Below are positions 7,970 to 17,765 of a stretch of DNA of 32,000 nt, in pieces. The translations under genes and the position numbers were made by a program. The stretch comes from an uncultured Desulfohalobiaceae bacterium (GTDB lineage: Bacteria > Desulfobacterota > Desulfovibrionia > Desulfovibrionales > Desulfothermaceae), in assembly GCA_964595165.1 (NCBI GenBank), contig CAZQPF010000015.1, positions 20,754 through 52,753 on the forward strand, read 5' to 3'. Numbering within the stretch: the stretch's first letter is position 1; the number at the start of each line of letters is the position of its first letter. Below the pieces are notes generated by a model, which was not told where the DNA came from, ran no database searches, and saw nothing but the letters and a program-made list of their open reading frames with translations.

Positions 7970-8902
7970 ATGGGCAAGATAATGCTAAGCCATCGATCCT
8001 TTTGGGTATTTCTGTTTTTTGTCCTTCAGGCCGGCCTGGCCTCTTCAGCCCAGGCCGACAGGCTGCAGGTAGCGGTGAGCATTGTTCCTCAAAAGTATTT
8101 CGCCCAACAGATCGGCGGGGATCGCGTGGAGGTGACGGTGGTTGTCCCTCCGGGATCAAACCCGGCCACTTACGAGCCCAAGCCGTCGCAGATGCTCCGT
8201 ATGGAGGAGGCGGAGCTCTATCTATCCTTGGGCGTGCCCTTTGAGCGGGCTTGGTTGAAGCGCTTGCAGGGAGTCGGCTCCCAGATGCGCCTCGTTCCCT
8301 GTCAGGAGGGAATTGAGCGTCGAGCCATGCACACTGGGTTGGAGAGCCTCGGTCCGGCTTCTGACAAGTCCGCCTCCAAAACCGGCAGAAATGCGCATTC
8401 CAAGGAACACCAGCATGGCCTTGATCCCCATATCTGGCTTTCTCCCCCTTTGGCCCGCATCATGGCCATGAACATCCGGGACGCCTTTGTCAGCCTGGAT
8501 CCGGAGCATGCAGCAGGCTACCGGAATCGGTATCTGCAGCTGGCTAAGGAAATAAACGCAGTGGACAACAAGCTGTTGTCCCTGTTTGCCAAGAGCAAGG
8601 GAAGCATCTTTCTGGTCTACCATCCTTCCTGGGGCTATTTCGCCGAAGCCTACGGCCTGCGCCAGGTTCCCATCGAGCTTGAAGGCAAGGAGCCGAGCCC
8701 CAGGGAGCTTTCCCAGCTTATCCGGTTTGCCAAGCGCCACTCCGTGGGGACCATCTTTGTGCAGCCCCAGTTTTCGCAGCAGGCTGCCAGGACCGTGGCC
8801 TCGAGCCTGGGTGCCCATCTTGTGGAGCTCGATCCATTGGCTGAAGACTGGCCGAGCAATCTGGTCCGGACAGGGGAGCGGATCGCAGAGGCCCTGCGCT
8901 GA
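7970..8902 (+). CDS. znuA: Metal (Zn/Mn-type) ABC transporter periplasmic substrate-binding protein, ZnuA-like
   Basis: Signal peptide MLSHRSFWVFLFFVLQAGLASSAQA. Cluster-9 SBP motifs (GSNPATYEP, DPHIWLSP). Short His-containing loop NAHSKEHQHG. Metal specificity is not determinable from sequence. Confidence 0.8.
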   Translation: MGKIMLSHRSFWVFLFFVLQAGLASSAQADRLQVAVSIVPQKYFAQQIGGDRVEVTVVVPPGSNPATYEPKPSQMLRMEEAELYLSLGVPFERAWLKRLQGVGSQMRLVPCQEGIERRAMHTGLESLGPASDKSASKTGRNAHSKEHQHGLDPHIWLSPPLARIMAMNIRDAFVSLDPEHAAGYRNRYLQLAKEINAVDNKLLSLFAKSKGSIFLVYHPSWGYFAEAYGLRQVPIELEGKEPSPRELSQLIRFAKRHSVGTIFVQPQFSQQAARTVASSLGAHLVELDPLAEDWPSNLVRTGERIAEALR

Positions 8903-8932
8903 CTTCATGGTAGTTTTACGAGCAGCAAAGCG

Positions 8933-9748
8933 ATGTCCGCAATACTCGAAGTCCGCAACCTGACCTTCGGCTACGGGCACAAGCCCGTGCTGGAAGACAT
9001 CGACCTTACTGTGTACCAGGGCGATTTTTTGGCCATCCTGGGACCGAACGGGGGAGGCAAGACCACTCTGCTGAAGATCATCCTGGGCCTGCTCAAGCCG
9101 GATAAAGGAACTGTCCGCGTCTGGGGCCGGGAAAGCGGCCAAAGAGAGCAGATTATCGGGTACTTGCCGCAGCACTCCAGCAGCCGGGTGGACTTCCCGC
9201 TCACTGTTCTGGATGCCGTTCTTATGGGGCTGGTCGGCTCCCGGCGCAAGGGGATTTTCTTCCGGAGCCGGGAGCGGCGGAGAGCCCGGGAGGCCTTGAA
9301 GCAGGTGGAAATGGAGGACTACGAGCAAACCCCGCTGAATCAGCTTTCCGGAGGACAGCGACAGCGGGTCTTCATAGCCAGAGCCCTGGTAGCCGACCCG
9401 GAGCTGCTCATCCTTGACGAGCCGACATCGAACATCGATGCCCAGGGCAAGTTCTGCTTTTACGACTTCTTGGGACATCTCAGCCAGACCATCACCATTA
9501 TCATCGTCAGCCATGACGTGAGCTTGAGCATCGCCAGGCTGAACCGCATCGCCTGCGTCAACCGTTGGCTCCTGGCCAACTCCAAGCCGGAAATAACCAA
9601 GGAGATGCTCGAGCTGCTGTACGGAACCCACGAGAGCCATACCTGCCCCATGACCCAATATTTCCAGGACGAGTCCCTCCCTGTTCCCGGACCCGGGAGA
9701 GCGCAGGAAGCCCGGGCCGTTTCCGAGTCCGAGGCCGGGGATGCTTGA
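8933..9748 (+). CDS. znuC: Metal ABC transporter ATP-binding protein, ZnuC-like
   Basis: Walker A GPNGGGKTT, signature LSGGQRQRV, Walker B LLILDEP. C-terminal extension containing HESHTCP. Confidence 0.85.
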   Translation: MSAILEVRNLTFGYGHKPVLEDIDLTVYQGDFLAILGPNGGGKTTLLKIILGLLKPDKGTVRVWGRESGQREQIIGYLPQHSSSRVDFPLTVLDAVLMGLVGSRRKGIFFRSRERRRAREALKQVEMEDYEQTPLNQLSGGQRQRVFIARALVADPELLILDEPTSNIDAQGKFCFYDFLGHLSQTITIIIVSHDVSLSIARLNRIACVNRWLLANSKPEITKEMLELLYGTHESHTCPMTQYFQDESLPVPGPGRAQEARAVSESEAGDA

Positions 9749-10562
9749 GGTCCTGAGCTTCGAGTTCATGCAGAACGCCCTGCTCGCAGCCCTGCTGGCG
9801 AGTGTGGCCTGCGGGGTGATCGGCACCCTGGTAGTGGTCAACAGGCTGGTGTTCATGGCCGGAGGCGTCGCCCACACGGCTTACGGAGGCGTGGGGCTCG
9901 CTCTGTTCTTCGGATTGCCGGTCATGCCCTGCAGCATCGGCTTTACCCTCGCGGCCGCCTGGTTGATGGCAGCCATGACCTACCGCCACGAGGAGCGGAT
10001 GGACAGCGTGGTCGGGCTCCTGTGGGCCGGAGGCATGGCTCTGGGCATCATCCTCATGGATCTTACCCCGGGATATCACGTCGATCTCATGAGCTACCTC
10101 TTCGGGAGCATCCTCAGCGTTCCGCGATTCAACGTCTGGCTCATGCTCCTGCTGGTGCTGCTTATTCTCGGTATTGTGGGGCTCGAGTACAACAAGCTCT
10201 GGGTGATGTCCTTTGATCTGGAGTTTGCCAAGGCCAGGGGCATTAACGTCAAACGCCTCTATTTCACCCTCCTTGCCCTGGTCGCCCTCACGGTGGTCCT
10301 GGTGATTCAGGTGGTGGGCCTTATTCTGGTAATCGCGCTGCTGACCATTCCGCCCTTTCTGGCCGAGACCCAGACCGTTGCCCTGCATCGAATGATGGGG
10401 CTGGCCACCCTGTGGTCGGTCTTTTTTTGTCTGGGCGGGCTGCTTGTGTCCTATGCGGCTGATATATCCTCCGGGGCCTCCATTATTGCGGTCGGCGTGG
10501 CTGTGGCTCTGAGCGTTTTTTGCGGCGGAAGGCTTTTCGGCTTCATCCGAGAGGGACGATGA
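9741..10562 (+). CDS. znuB: Metal ABC transporter permease, ZnuB-like
   Basis: Polytopic hydrophobic 273-aa protein. It overlaps znuC by 8 nt. N-terminus LEVLSFEFMQNALLAALL is typical of ABC-3 permeases. Confidence 0.85.
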   Translation: MLEVLSFEFMQNALLAALLASVACGVIGTLVVVNRLVFMAGGVAHTAYGGVGLALFFGLPVMPCSIGFTLAAAWLMAAMTYRHEERMDSVVGLLWAGGMALGIILMDLTPGYHVDLMSYLFGSILSVPRFNVWLMLLLVLLILGIVGLEYNKLWVMSFDLEFAKARGINVKRLYFTLLALVALTVVLVIQVVGLILVIALLTIPPFLAETQTVALHRMMGLATLWSVFFCLGGLLVSYAADISSGASIIAVGVAVALSVFCGGRLFGFIREGR

Positions 10563-11905
10563 AAGGGGTGCACGCCGAACGCATCCGTCAGCTCCGTTCC
10601 GGACAGCCGGGCAAAGGCCCGGTCATCTATTGGATGAGCCGCGAGCAGCGCCTGGAGGACAATTGGGCCTTGCTCTTCGCCCGGGAGCTCGCCGCCGCCC
10701 GCAGCCAAAGGGTGCACATCGTCTTTTGCCTGGCCGCCTCTTTTTTGGGGGCCACAAAACGCCAATACGAGTTTATGCTCCGAGGCCTGGAAGAGGTCTC
10801 CTCCCAGTGCGGGCAGAAAGGCTATCCCTTCCAGCTGCTCCTCGGCGACCCGGAGGCCGAGCTCCCCAAAGCCGCTGGCAGACAAAAGGCCGGAGCTTTG
10901 GTTACCGACTTCGATCCCTTGCGCATCAAGCGTGGCTGGAAGCAACGGCTCGCGGAGCAGGTGAGCATCCCGGTATTCGAGGTGGATGCTCACAATGTGG
11001 TTCCCTGCTTCCGGGCTTCCAGCAAACAGGAGTACTCCGCAGCCACCTTTCGCCGAAAGCTGCAGCAGCTATTGCCCGAGTTCCTGGAGCCTATCCCTCA
11101 GCTGGAGCCCCAAGGGCAAGCCATTGGACAACAGGAGCCGGGGGATTGGGCTGCACTTGGCCACTACTTACGGGTTGAGGCCACGGTGGAGTCAGTGCCG
11201 GGCGTGGGCTCCGGTCCGAAAGCCGCCGGCGAGGTCCTCAGCGAGCTCCTGCAGGACCGGCTCCACGGATATGCAACTCGCCGCAACGACCCCAACAGCG
11301 GACGGACCTCTTTTCTATCCCCCTATCTGCATTTCGGTCAGCTTTCAGCCCAGAGGGTCGCCCTGTCGGTCATGGAAACCAGATGCGATCCGCAGGACAG
11401 GGAGGCCTTTCTGGAGCAGCTCCTGGTACGGCGGGAGCTCTCGGACAACTACTGCTGGCACAATGCCTCCTACGATTGTTTTGCCGGCCTTCCAGGCTGG
11501 GCGCAAAGGACGCTGAGGCAGCATGGGGACGATGCCCGTCCGGTTGTCTACTCCTTGCAGGCTCTGGAAAAGGCGCAGACCGAGGATCCGCTCTGGAATG
11601 CGGCCCAGCTGGAAATGTTGCGCAGCGGTCGCATGCACGGCTACATGCGGATGTACTGGGCCAAAAAGATTCTGGAGTGGACAAAGACGCCGCAGCAGGC
11701 CATTGAGTGGGCCATCTACCTCAATGACCGCTATGAGCTCGACGGGCGGGATCCCAACGGATATACCGGCATTCTCTGGGCCATCGGCGGGCTCCATGAC
11801 AGGCCGTTTCAGGAGCGGCCGGTTTTTGGAAAGATTCGTTATATGAACTATAGAGGATGTGCGCGAAAGTTCGATGTCCGAGCCTACATACAGGCCTGGA
11901 GCTAA
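10559..11905 (+). CDS. phr: Deoxyribodipyrimidine photolyase, class II
   Basis: GPVIYWMSREQRLEDNWAL at the N-terminus and WAIGGLHDRPFQERPVFGKIRYMNYRGCARKFD at the C-terminus are class II CPD photolyase signatures. ATG 10559 overlaps the znuB stop (ATGA). The track ORF start at 10520 is rejected. Confidence 0.85.
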   Translation: MKGVHAERIRQLRSGQPGKGPVIYWMSREQRLEDNWALLFARELAAARSQRVHIVFCLAASFLGATKRQYEFMLRGLEEVSSQCGQKGYPFQLLLGDPEAELPKAAGRQKAGALVTDFDPLRIKRGWKQRLAEQVSIPVFEVDAHNVVPCFRASSKQEYSAATFRRKLQQLLPEFLEPIPQLEPQGQAIGQQEPGDWAALGHYLRVEATVESVPGVGSGPKAAGEVLSELLQDRLHGYATRRNDPNSGRTSFLSPYLHFGQLSAQRVALSVMETRCDPQDREAFLEQLLVRRELSDNYCWHNASYDCFAGLPGWAQRTLRQHGDDARPVVYSLQALEKAQTEDPLWNAAQLEMLRSGRMHGYMRMYWAKKILEWTKTPQQAIEWAIYLNDRYELDGRDPNGYTGILWAIGGLHDRPFQERPVFGKIRYMNYRGCARKFDVRAYIQAWS

Positions 11906-12516
11906 AGAGCTCGAATCGCAAAGGCTGCCGAGTCAGAGTTTCTTCTATGACCTGTTGGAAGATGCAACTTTTATTTATACGGCCTATATAGACGCGACTG
12001 CAGAAAATCCTTTTGCAGGCGCAGTGGTTAGAAGCCGGTGGTCAGTTGTTAGTAAAAACAAAGAATTATAAGAAAGAACTTATGCTTGATTCATTTATGC
12101 ACGACTTTTTACAGGTGCGTCATATAGGCTTGGCTCTCTTGATTCCCCTCCTTCGCAAAAAGGGGCAGGGGTGGTTGGAGGAGTGATCTTCATCCTTATC
12201 TTGCAGCATGTTGTCTCCACATTGCAGTGTGTGCTTTTCTAAATCCTTTAAGAAGGGCCAAAGAGAGAAAAAGACAATCTAAGATTAACGGATCACTCCC
12301 TTTAGCATTCAACGATGGGAGTTTGATATTTGTTTCGGATTTCGAACCTCGTGCTTCGGATTTGTTTTTAACTAAATAGCTGGGCAAAAGCTTATCCAAG
12401 TACTGGAGCACGGGAAAGAGTTATGTGCCAGGTATGCCTTGTTGTGAGCAATTGAAGAAGGAGTACAGGGACTGAAATCCTAGTAAATGAGTCTAAATTA
12501 AGAGAATAATTATCAA

Positions 12517-12546
12517 TTGACAAGCTTTTCAATTCGAGTTTATAAA
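12517..12546 (+). promoter_or_regulatory. Sigma70-like promoter candidate for the hmc operon
   Basis: TTGACA (12517-12522), N18, TATAAA (12541-12546) in an AT-rich island, about 140 nt before the hmcA start. Confidence 0.4.
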
Positions 12547-12691
12547 CCCTTTCAAAAAATACCGGTTTGGCTTACATCCGCGGTATCCAGAAATATTGCT
12601 GGCTCTTTTTGTGGCTGGGGATAATGGCTTTTCTCCGGGCCCTTATCCCTCTCGCTCATAGCATTGCGAATCAACGCTTAGCTGAACAAGG

Positions 12692-14359
12692 ATGTCGCAA
12701 ATGCGGAACATGAAATCCCTTTTGCTCGTGGCCGGATCGTTTTTTCTCCTCGGTCCCGTGGTATTTGCCGGACTTCAGGCCCAGGGGGCGAAACAGGAAG
12801 CTTCTCCGGCCCAGCCCCGACCGGATATCATCTCCATAGACGCAGCGGCGCAGTTCACCTCGCTGCAGCTCCCTCCGGTCACTTTTCTGCACGATGAGCA
12901 TACTGCTGCCCTGGAATCCGAAGGCAAGGACTGCGAAACCTGTCACCGGATTGTGGACGGGGAGATGGCTCTGCTTTTCCAGCGCACCGAGAACCGCAGT
13001 GCCGAGCAGCTCCAAAAGGTGTACCATAACAATTGCCTTGGCTGCCATACCGAAATGAGCAGCCGGGGTAAAAGCAGCGGGCCCCTGGATGGCTCCTGCC
13101 GGGATTGCCACAATAAACAGGCCGAGGCTGTATCCTCCAGGCAGCCTTTCGGCATGGACAAAGTGCTCCATTACCGGCACGTCGCAGCCAAAGAGATCAC
13201 CTTCCCTGCAGGGGAAGACAATTGCGGCCGCTGCCATCACCGCTACAACGAGCAGCAAGACAAGCTGTACTACGAGTCCGGCGAGGAGGAGACCTGCCGC
13301 TACTGTCACCTGGAGAGCCCGCAGAAGGATGTCAGCTCCCTGCGCCGGGCCATGCACGGGCAATGCGTAGATTGCCATCGCCAAAAGTCAGAGCAGGGCA
13401 AGGACTCCGGGCCCGAGACCTGCGCCGGCTGTCACAGCCAAAAGGCCCAGCAGGCGGTTGCTGAAAAAAATGCCGAGCTGCAGCAGGAGATGGGAGGGAT
13501 TCCCAGACTGGAAAGGGGCCAGCCGGATGCCTCCTTGGTGAGCGCCCCCCAGGAAGATCCCGCCTCCTCCAAGCCTACCATGGAGCCGGTTCCCTTCGCT
13601 CACAAAAGCCATGAGCAATACGCTGACAACTGCCGGGTCTGCCATCACGCTTCTCTGGACCGCTGCACCGAGTGCCACACGGTTCCCGGGAGCAAAGAGG
13701 GCGATTTCGTTCAGCTTGCCGAGGCCATGCACCATCCGGAGTCAAGGCAAAGCTGCGAGGGCTGCCATGCAGGCAAAACCAGGCAGGCGGAATGCGCCGG
13801 CTGCCATTCCTTCATGCAGCGTCCGCGCATCACGCAAGCCGATGCGGGCTGCCGCCAATGCCACCTTTCCCCCGCTCGGTCGCCGGAGCCGGAGACAGTA
13901 GCCGGAATGGACCGGAGCCAGGAGCAGGAGGCGGCTCAAGCATATCTGCAGCAGCGCGATCTCAGCGCAGCTACCTACTCCCTGCAGGATATCCCGGACA
14001 AGGTCAGCATCGATCGCCTGGAAGAGGAGTACAATCCGGTGAGCATGCCGCACCGCCGGATTGTGCAGGAGCTGTTGCAAGGCATCAAGGACAGCTCCTT
14101 GGCAGGCTATTTCCATGCCCAGAAGGGGACGCTGTGCCAAGGATGCCATCATAACAGCCCCGCCTCCAAGAATCCTCCCAGCTGCTTCAGCTGTCACGGC
14201 AAGCCGTTCCAGGAAGCCAATTCTCTCAAGCCCGGCCTCAAAGCGGCCTACCACCGACAGTGCATGAGCTGTCATCAGGTAATGGGGATTAGCGAGCCCA
14301 AGGACAGGGACTGCCAGGAGTGTCACGCCAAGAAGAAGTTTGTCAGAAGCGCGCAGTAA
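12692..14359 (+). CDS. hmcA: High-molecular-weight 16-haem cytochrome c, HmcA
   Basis: I counted sixteen CxxCH motifs (CETCH ... CQECH) and a signal peptide [23 protein letters not shown]. Size and downstream gene order match the Desulfovibrio vulgaris hmc operon. The start could be ATG 12692, 12701 or 12710. Confidence 0.9.
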   Translation: MSQMRNMKSLLLVAGSFFLLGPVVFAGLQAQGAKQEASPAQPRPDIISIDAAAQFTSLQLPPVTFLHDEHTAALESEGKDCETCHRIVDGEMALLFQRTENRSAEQLQKVYHNNCLGCHTEMSSRGKSSGPLDGSCRDCHNKQAEAVSSRQPFGMDKVLHYRHVAAKEITFPAGEDNCGRCHHRYNEQQDKLYYESGEEETCRYCHLESPQKDVSSLRRAMHGQCVDCHRQKSEQGKDSGPETCAGCHSQKAQQAVAEKNAELQQEMGGIPRLERGQPDASLVSAPQEDPASSKPTMEPVPFAHKSHEQYADNCRVCHHASLDRCTECHTVPGSKEGDFVQLAEAMHHPESRQSCEGCHAGKTRQAECAGCHSFMQRPRITQADAGCRQCHLSPARSPEPETVAGMDRSQEQEAAQAYLQQRDLSAATYSLQDIPDKVSIDRLEEEYNPVSMPHRRIVQELLQGIKDSSLAGYFHAQKGTLCQGCHHNSPASKNPPSCFSCHGKPFQEANSLKPGLKAAYHRQCMSCHQVMGISEPKDRDCQECHAKKKFVRSAQ

Positions 14360-14382
14360 TTCAACAAGGAGCGTTTGGGACC

Positions 14383-15444
14383 ATGCACCGCAGAAAGTTT
14401 CTCACCCTGTTGGGGGCGACAGGAGCCGGCACCCTGCTTGGACAATCGTCCAGGGCGGCTAGCAACAAGCATTTCGAGGGCTATCCGGACAGCTTCGGAG
14501 TGCTTTTTGACAGCACCCAGTGCATAGGGTGCCGCGAGTGCGAGGCGGGCTGCAACAGGGTGAACGGCTTGCCCGAGCCGGACAGGCCGTTCGACGACTA
14601 CGAGGTTCTGGAAGACAAGCGTCGTACTACGGACAAGGCCTATACCGTGGTCAATAAATACGATGTTCCCGGCCGGAAGGAGCCGTTTTACCGCAAGATT
14701 CAGTGCAATCACTGCATGGAGCCGGCCTGCGCTTCGGCCTGCTTCGTCAAGGCCTTCACCAAGACGCCTCTCGGGGCCGTGGTATACGATCCCTCAGTCT
14801 GCGTCGGCTGCCGCTACTGCATGGTGGCCTGCCCCTTCGATATTCCAGCCTATGAGTACGACAAGGTCCTTGAGCCGCGGATTATGAAGTGCACCATGTG
14901 CTACGAGCCCAGGCTGACCAAGGGACGGCTTCCCGGCTGTGTCGAGGCCTGTCCCACCGAGGCCCTTGTCTTCGGCAAGCGGCAGACGCTCATCTCCCTG
15001 GCCAGGCAGAAGATCAATGCCTTCCCGGATCGCTATCAGGACCATATCTACGGGGAGCAGGAAATGGGGGGCACCAACTGGCTGTATATCTCCGGCCCTC
15101 CCTTCAAGGAGCTGGGAATGAACGAGAACCTGGGCACCACTCCGGCACCCAAGCTTACCTCCGGCGCCTTGAGCCTGGTTCCCATGGTGGTTGGGCTCTG
15201 GCCGGTGCTGCTGGGCGGTGTCTATGCCATCTCCAAGCGGCGGGAAAAGATCGCTGAGCAGGAGAAGCAGGAAGCGGTGCAGCAGGCTGTGGGCCAGGCC
15301 AAGCAGGAGGCCAAGCAAGAGCTGGAGGCCTTTAAGGAGAAGGCGGAGCAGGAGAAGAAAAAAACCGTGGAGCGGGAAGTGAAAAAAGCGCTTGAAGAAG
15401 CCGCCGCCAGCCAAAAAGACGAGGAGGAAAAGGGTGATGAGTAA
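14383..15444 (+). CDS. hmcB: HmcB, Tat-exported four-cluster 4Fe-4S subunit with C-terminal TM helix and Lys/Glu-rich tail
   Basis: Twin-arginine leader [16 protein letters not shown]. Four Cys clusters ([40 protein letters not shown]...CVEACP). AAGGAG lies upstream of ATG 14383. The track start at 14320 overlaps hmcA and is rejected. Confidence 0.85.
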   Translation: MHRRKFLTLLGATGAGTLLGQSSRAASNKHFEGYPDSFGVLFDSTQCIGCRECEAGCNRVNGLPEPDRPFDDYEVLEDKRRTTDKAYTVVNKYDVPGRKEPFYRKIQCNHCMEPACASACFVKAFTKTPLGAVVYDPSVCVGCRYCMVACPFDIPAYEYDKVLEPRIMKCTMCYEPRLTKGRLPGCVEACPTEALVFGKRQTLISLARQKINAFPDRYQDHIYGEQEMGGTNWLYISGPPFKELGMNENLGTTPAPKLTSGALSLVPMVVGLWPVLLGGVYAISKRREKIAEQEKQEAVQQAVGQAKQEAKQELEAFKEKAEQEKKKTVEREVKKALEEAAASQKDEEEKGDE

Positions 15445-16609
15445 TCACGCCGCCGCTTCCCAACGACCCTTTCTCACCCCTTTCAACATTATTGCCGCGC
15501 TTATCCTCCTTATGGGGGCGGTACTGACCATTGTCCGCTTCACCCAGGGGCTGGGTCCGATGACCAACCTCTCCCACAACAACCCTTGGGGCATCTGGAT
15601 CGGATTCGACCTCCTCTGCGGCGTAGCCCTGGCCGCCGGGGGATATGTCACCTCGGCCGCCTGTTACATCTTCGGGCTGAAGAAGTATCACTCCGCGGTG
15701 CGGCCGGCCATATTGACCGCCTTTTTGGGCTACGCCCTGGTAGTTCTGGCTTTGACCTACGACGTGGGCCGTCCATGGAGATTGCCCTATCCCTTTGTCG
15801 TTCAATCGGGCACAACCTCCATACTCTTTGAAGTAGGCCTCTGCGTCATGCTCTACCTGACGGTTCTGCTTATCGAGTATACTCCGGCCGTCTTTGAGTG
15901 GCTGGGCATGAAGCGGGTCCGGAGCGTTGCGGTTAAGCTGACCCTGGTGCTCACTGTTTTCGGGGTGGTGCTTTCCACATTGCACCAGTCCTCTCTGGGC
16001 TCGCTTTACCTCATAGCCCCTTCCAAGCTGCATCCGCTCTGGTACTCGCAGTATTTGCCGGTCTTCTTCTTCGTCTCCAGCATAGCCGCCGGCCTGTCCA
16101 TGGTTATCGTGGAAAGCAGTCTGTCCCACCGCTATCTGCACCACCAGATGGACTCGGAGCACATCCGGGAGCATGATACCGTGGTCCTTGGATTTGCCCG
16201 CGGCGCGGCCTATGTGCTGGCCGGCTACTTCATGATCAAGATTATCGGGGTCGCTGCGGACGGAAACTGGTCCTACCTGGCAACCGGATACGGGGTCTGG
16301 TTCCTGGTGGAGATCCTGGGCTTCGCTGCCCTGCCGGCCTATCTCTTCGCCCTCGGAGTTCGGGAGCGTAAAACCAAGCTTATCCGCTGGACGGCTGGGT
16401 GGACTGTTCTGGGCATCGTGGTCAACCGATTCAACGTATCTCTGGTAGCCTTCAATTGGCAGCTGCCGGAGTCTCAGCGCTACTTCCCCAGCTTCATGGA
16501 GATCGGGATCACCATCTTCATCATCACCCTGGGGCTTGTGCTCTACAAGTTCTGCGCCAATCGGATGCCCGTGCTCCATGTGCACCCGGATTACACGGAT
16601 GAACACTAA
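15437..16609 (+). CDS. hmcC: HmcC, NrfD/PsrC-type integral membrane subunit
   Basis: About 390 aa and polytopic. ATG 15437 follows GAGGAGGA and overlaps the hmcB stop by 8 nt. Confidence 0.85.
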   Translation: MSNHAAASQRPFLTPFNIIAALILLMGAVLTIVRFTQGLGPMTNLSHNNPWGIWIGFDLLCGVALAAGGYVTSAACYIFGLKKYHSAVRPAILTAFLGYALVVLALTYDVGRPWRLPYPFVVQSGTTSILFEVGLCVMLYLTVLLIEYTPAVFEWLGMKRVRSVAVKLTLVLTVFGVVLSTLHQSSLGSLYLIAPSKLHPLWYSQYLPVFFFVSSIAAGLSMVIVESSLSHRYLHHQMDSEHIREHDTVVLGFARGAAYVLAGYFMIKIIGVAADGNWSYLATGYGVWFLVEILGFAALPAYLFALGVRERKTKLIRWTAGWTVLGIVVNRFNVSLVAFNWQLPESQRYFPSFMEIGITIFIITLGLVLYKFCANRMPVLHVHPDYTDEH

Positions 16610-16680
16610 CAGAACCTCTTCCGGCCAAGAGCCGCGCTCAGAGGTTTTGTTAGGCTTAAAACACCAATGAGGGATTGGCC

Positions 16681-16812
16681 ATGAAGGAAACGTTTTTTAC
16701 CTATTACGATTTTATGCTCAATACCGAAACTACCGTCTATATCCTCCTGGCGGGGGTCCTTTTGTTTATGCTGGGGTTCTGGTTCTTTTTGAACGGCCGG
16801 GACGAGGAGTAA
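16681..16812 (+). CDS. hmcD: Small single-TM membrane peptide at the HmcD position (43 aa)
   Basis: My own translation: MKETFFTYYDFMLNTETTVYILLAGVLLFMLGFWFFLNGRDEE, stop TAA 16810-16812. It is below the 60-aa cutoff of the ORF track. It occupies the slot between hmcC and hmcE, where D. vulgaris has the small hmcD. Confidence 0.5.
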   Translation: MKETFFTYYDFMLNTETTVYILLAGVLLFMLGFWFFLNGRDEE

Positions 16813-16848
16813 GCCCATCTCTATCATTGAGCTCAGGAGAAGCGGAGA

Positions 16849-17526
16849 ATGTACCAATTCATATCAGGACCCTTGGTTTGGCTGGCCTTCATCGTATTTT
16901 TCGTCGGGCTCATGGTCCGCATCGTGTGGTATATCCGCGGCCTGGACTGGCAGATAGACCGCGTGGCCTATACGGCTCACCTGGGCGCCGGGATAAAGGG
17001 AGCGCTTCGCTCCATCCTGCACTGGCTTATCCCTTACGGGTCCAAGAACTGGAGGCTAAGGCCCCTGTTCACCCTGGTGCTGTTTGCCTTTCACATCGGC
17101 CTGATCGTCACCCCGATATTTCTGGAGGGCCATGTGGTTCTCCTCAATCAGCGCCTGGGGCTGCAATGGCCCACCCTGCCCAGCATTGCCGCGGATTTCC
17201 TGACCATTATGGTCCTGGTGACGGCACTGTGCATCGTGATTCGCCGCATCGGCCTGCCCGAGGTGCGGATACTCACTACCTGGTATGACTATCTGCTCAT
17301 AGTCTTGACCGTGGCTCCCTTTTGCACCGGCTTTCTGGCAGTACACCGGATAGGGGATTACGACTTCTGGCTCCTGATGCACATCCTGAGCGGGGAAATC
17401 CTGCTCATCGCCATTCCCTTCACCAAGCTCTACCATGTGGTCGGATTTTTCCTTTCCAGAATGCAGATCGGCATGGATTACGGCATCAAGCGGGGCGGCA
17501 TGAAGGGCAGGGGCATTGCCTGGTAG
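16849..17526 (+). CDS. hmcE: HmcE, NarI/HdrE-like cytochrome b-type membrane subunit
   Basis: 225 aa with several TM helices carrying conserved His (HWLIPYG, FAFHIGL, LLMHILSGE). AGGAGAAGCGGAGA precedes the ATG. Confidence 0.8.
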   Translation: MYQFISGPLVWLAFIVFFVGLMVRIVWYIRGLDWQIDRVAYTAHLGAGIKGALRSILHWLIPYGSKNWRLRPLFTLVLFAFHIGLIVTPIFLEGHVVLLNQRLGLQWPTLPSIAADFLTIMVLVTALCIVIRRIGLPEVRILTTWYDYLLIVLTVAPFCTGFLAVHRIGDYDFWLLMHILSGEILLIAIPFTKLYHVVGFFLSRMQIGMDYGIKRGGMKGRGIAW

Positions 17527-17528
17527 GA

Positions 17529-17560
17529 TGCGCCTGCAAAAAGTCAAAATTGCAGGCGCA
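17529..17560 (+). other. 10-bp perfect stem-loop directly after the hmcE stop, inside the operon
   Basis: TGCGCCTGCA, 12-nt loop, TGCAGGCGCA. No U-tract. It opens an unusual 240-nt hmcE-hmcF gap. Confidence 0.35.
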
Positions 17561-17765
17561 GAGGACAGAGTACAGAAGAATCATTGGGTTGGGATCCCAC
17601 ATATTGCTCCAAGTTGACTTCAATCGATATTTTGCAGTTCCTTCTGGTAGGCGGGATCCGGTAATGATATTTGATTGAGACGGCTCGGGTCTTACAATCT
17701 ACTGCAAGGCAAGCCAAGGGAGCGATTTCGAGAGCTCTGTTTAAAGAAGAGGGAGAGTGAGCAAC

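Noticed and set aside
8222-9877. 551-aa ORF on the minus strand spanning znuA-znuC
   Set aside because: It is antisense to three genes with clear ABC-transporter motifs. Its translation is Gly/Pro/Ala/Leu-rich with no recognisable domain or RBS. This is typical of a stop-poor antisense frame in GC-rich DNA.
12331-12370. GGATTTCGAACC, resembling the reverse complement of a tRNA T-loop (possible tRNA fragment or att site)
   Set aside because: No complementary T-stem, acceptor stem or CCA context is present. The motif is part of a doubled TTCGGATTT low-complexity block.
11859-12411. ORFs 11859-12071 (+) and 12196-12411 (-) in the AT-rich island
   Set aside because: There is no RBS. The first overlaps the photolyase 3' end. 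The translations are dominated by low-complexity repeat-derived strings, and composition is unlike neighbouring genes.
15332-16606. 424-aa minus-strand ORF opposite hmcC
   Set aside because: Antisense artefact. The plus strand encodes a coherent polytopic NrfD-type protein in operon context.
17527-17616. 29-codon ORF (MRLQKVKIAGAEDRVQKNHWVGIPHIAPS) in the hmcE-hmcF gap
   Set aside because: The start codon sits inside the hairpin stem. There is no RBS and no hydrophobic or recognisable character.
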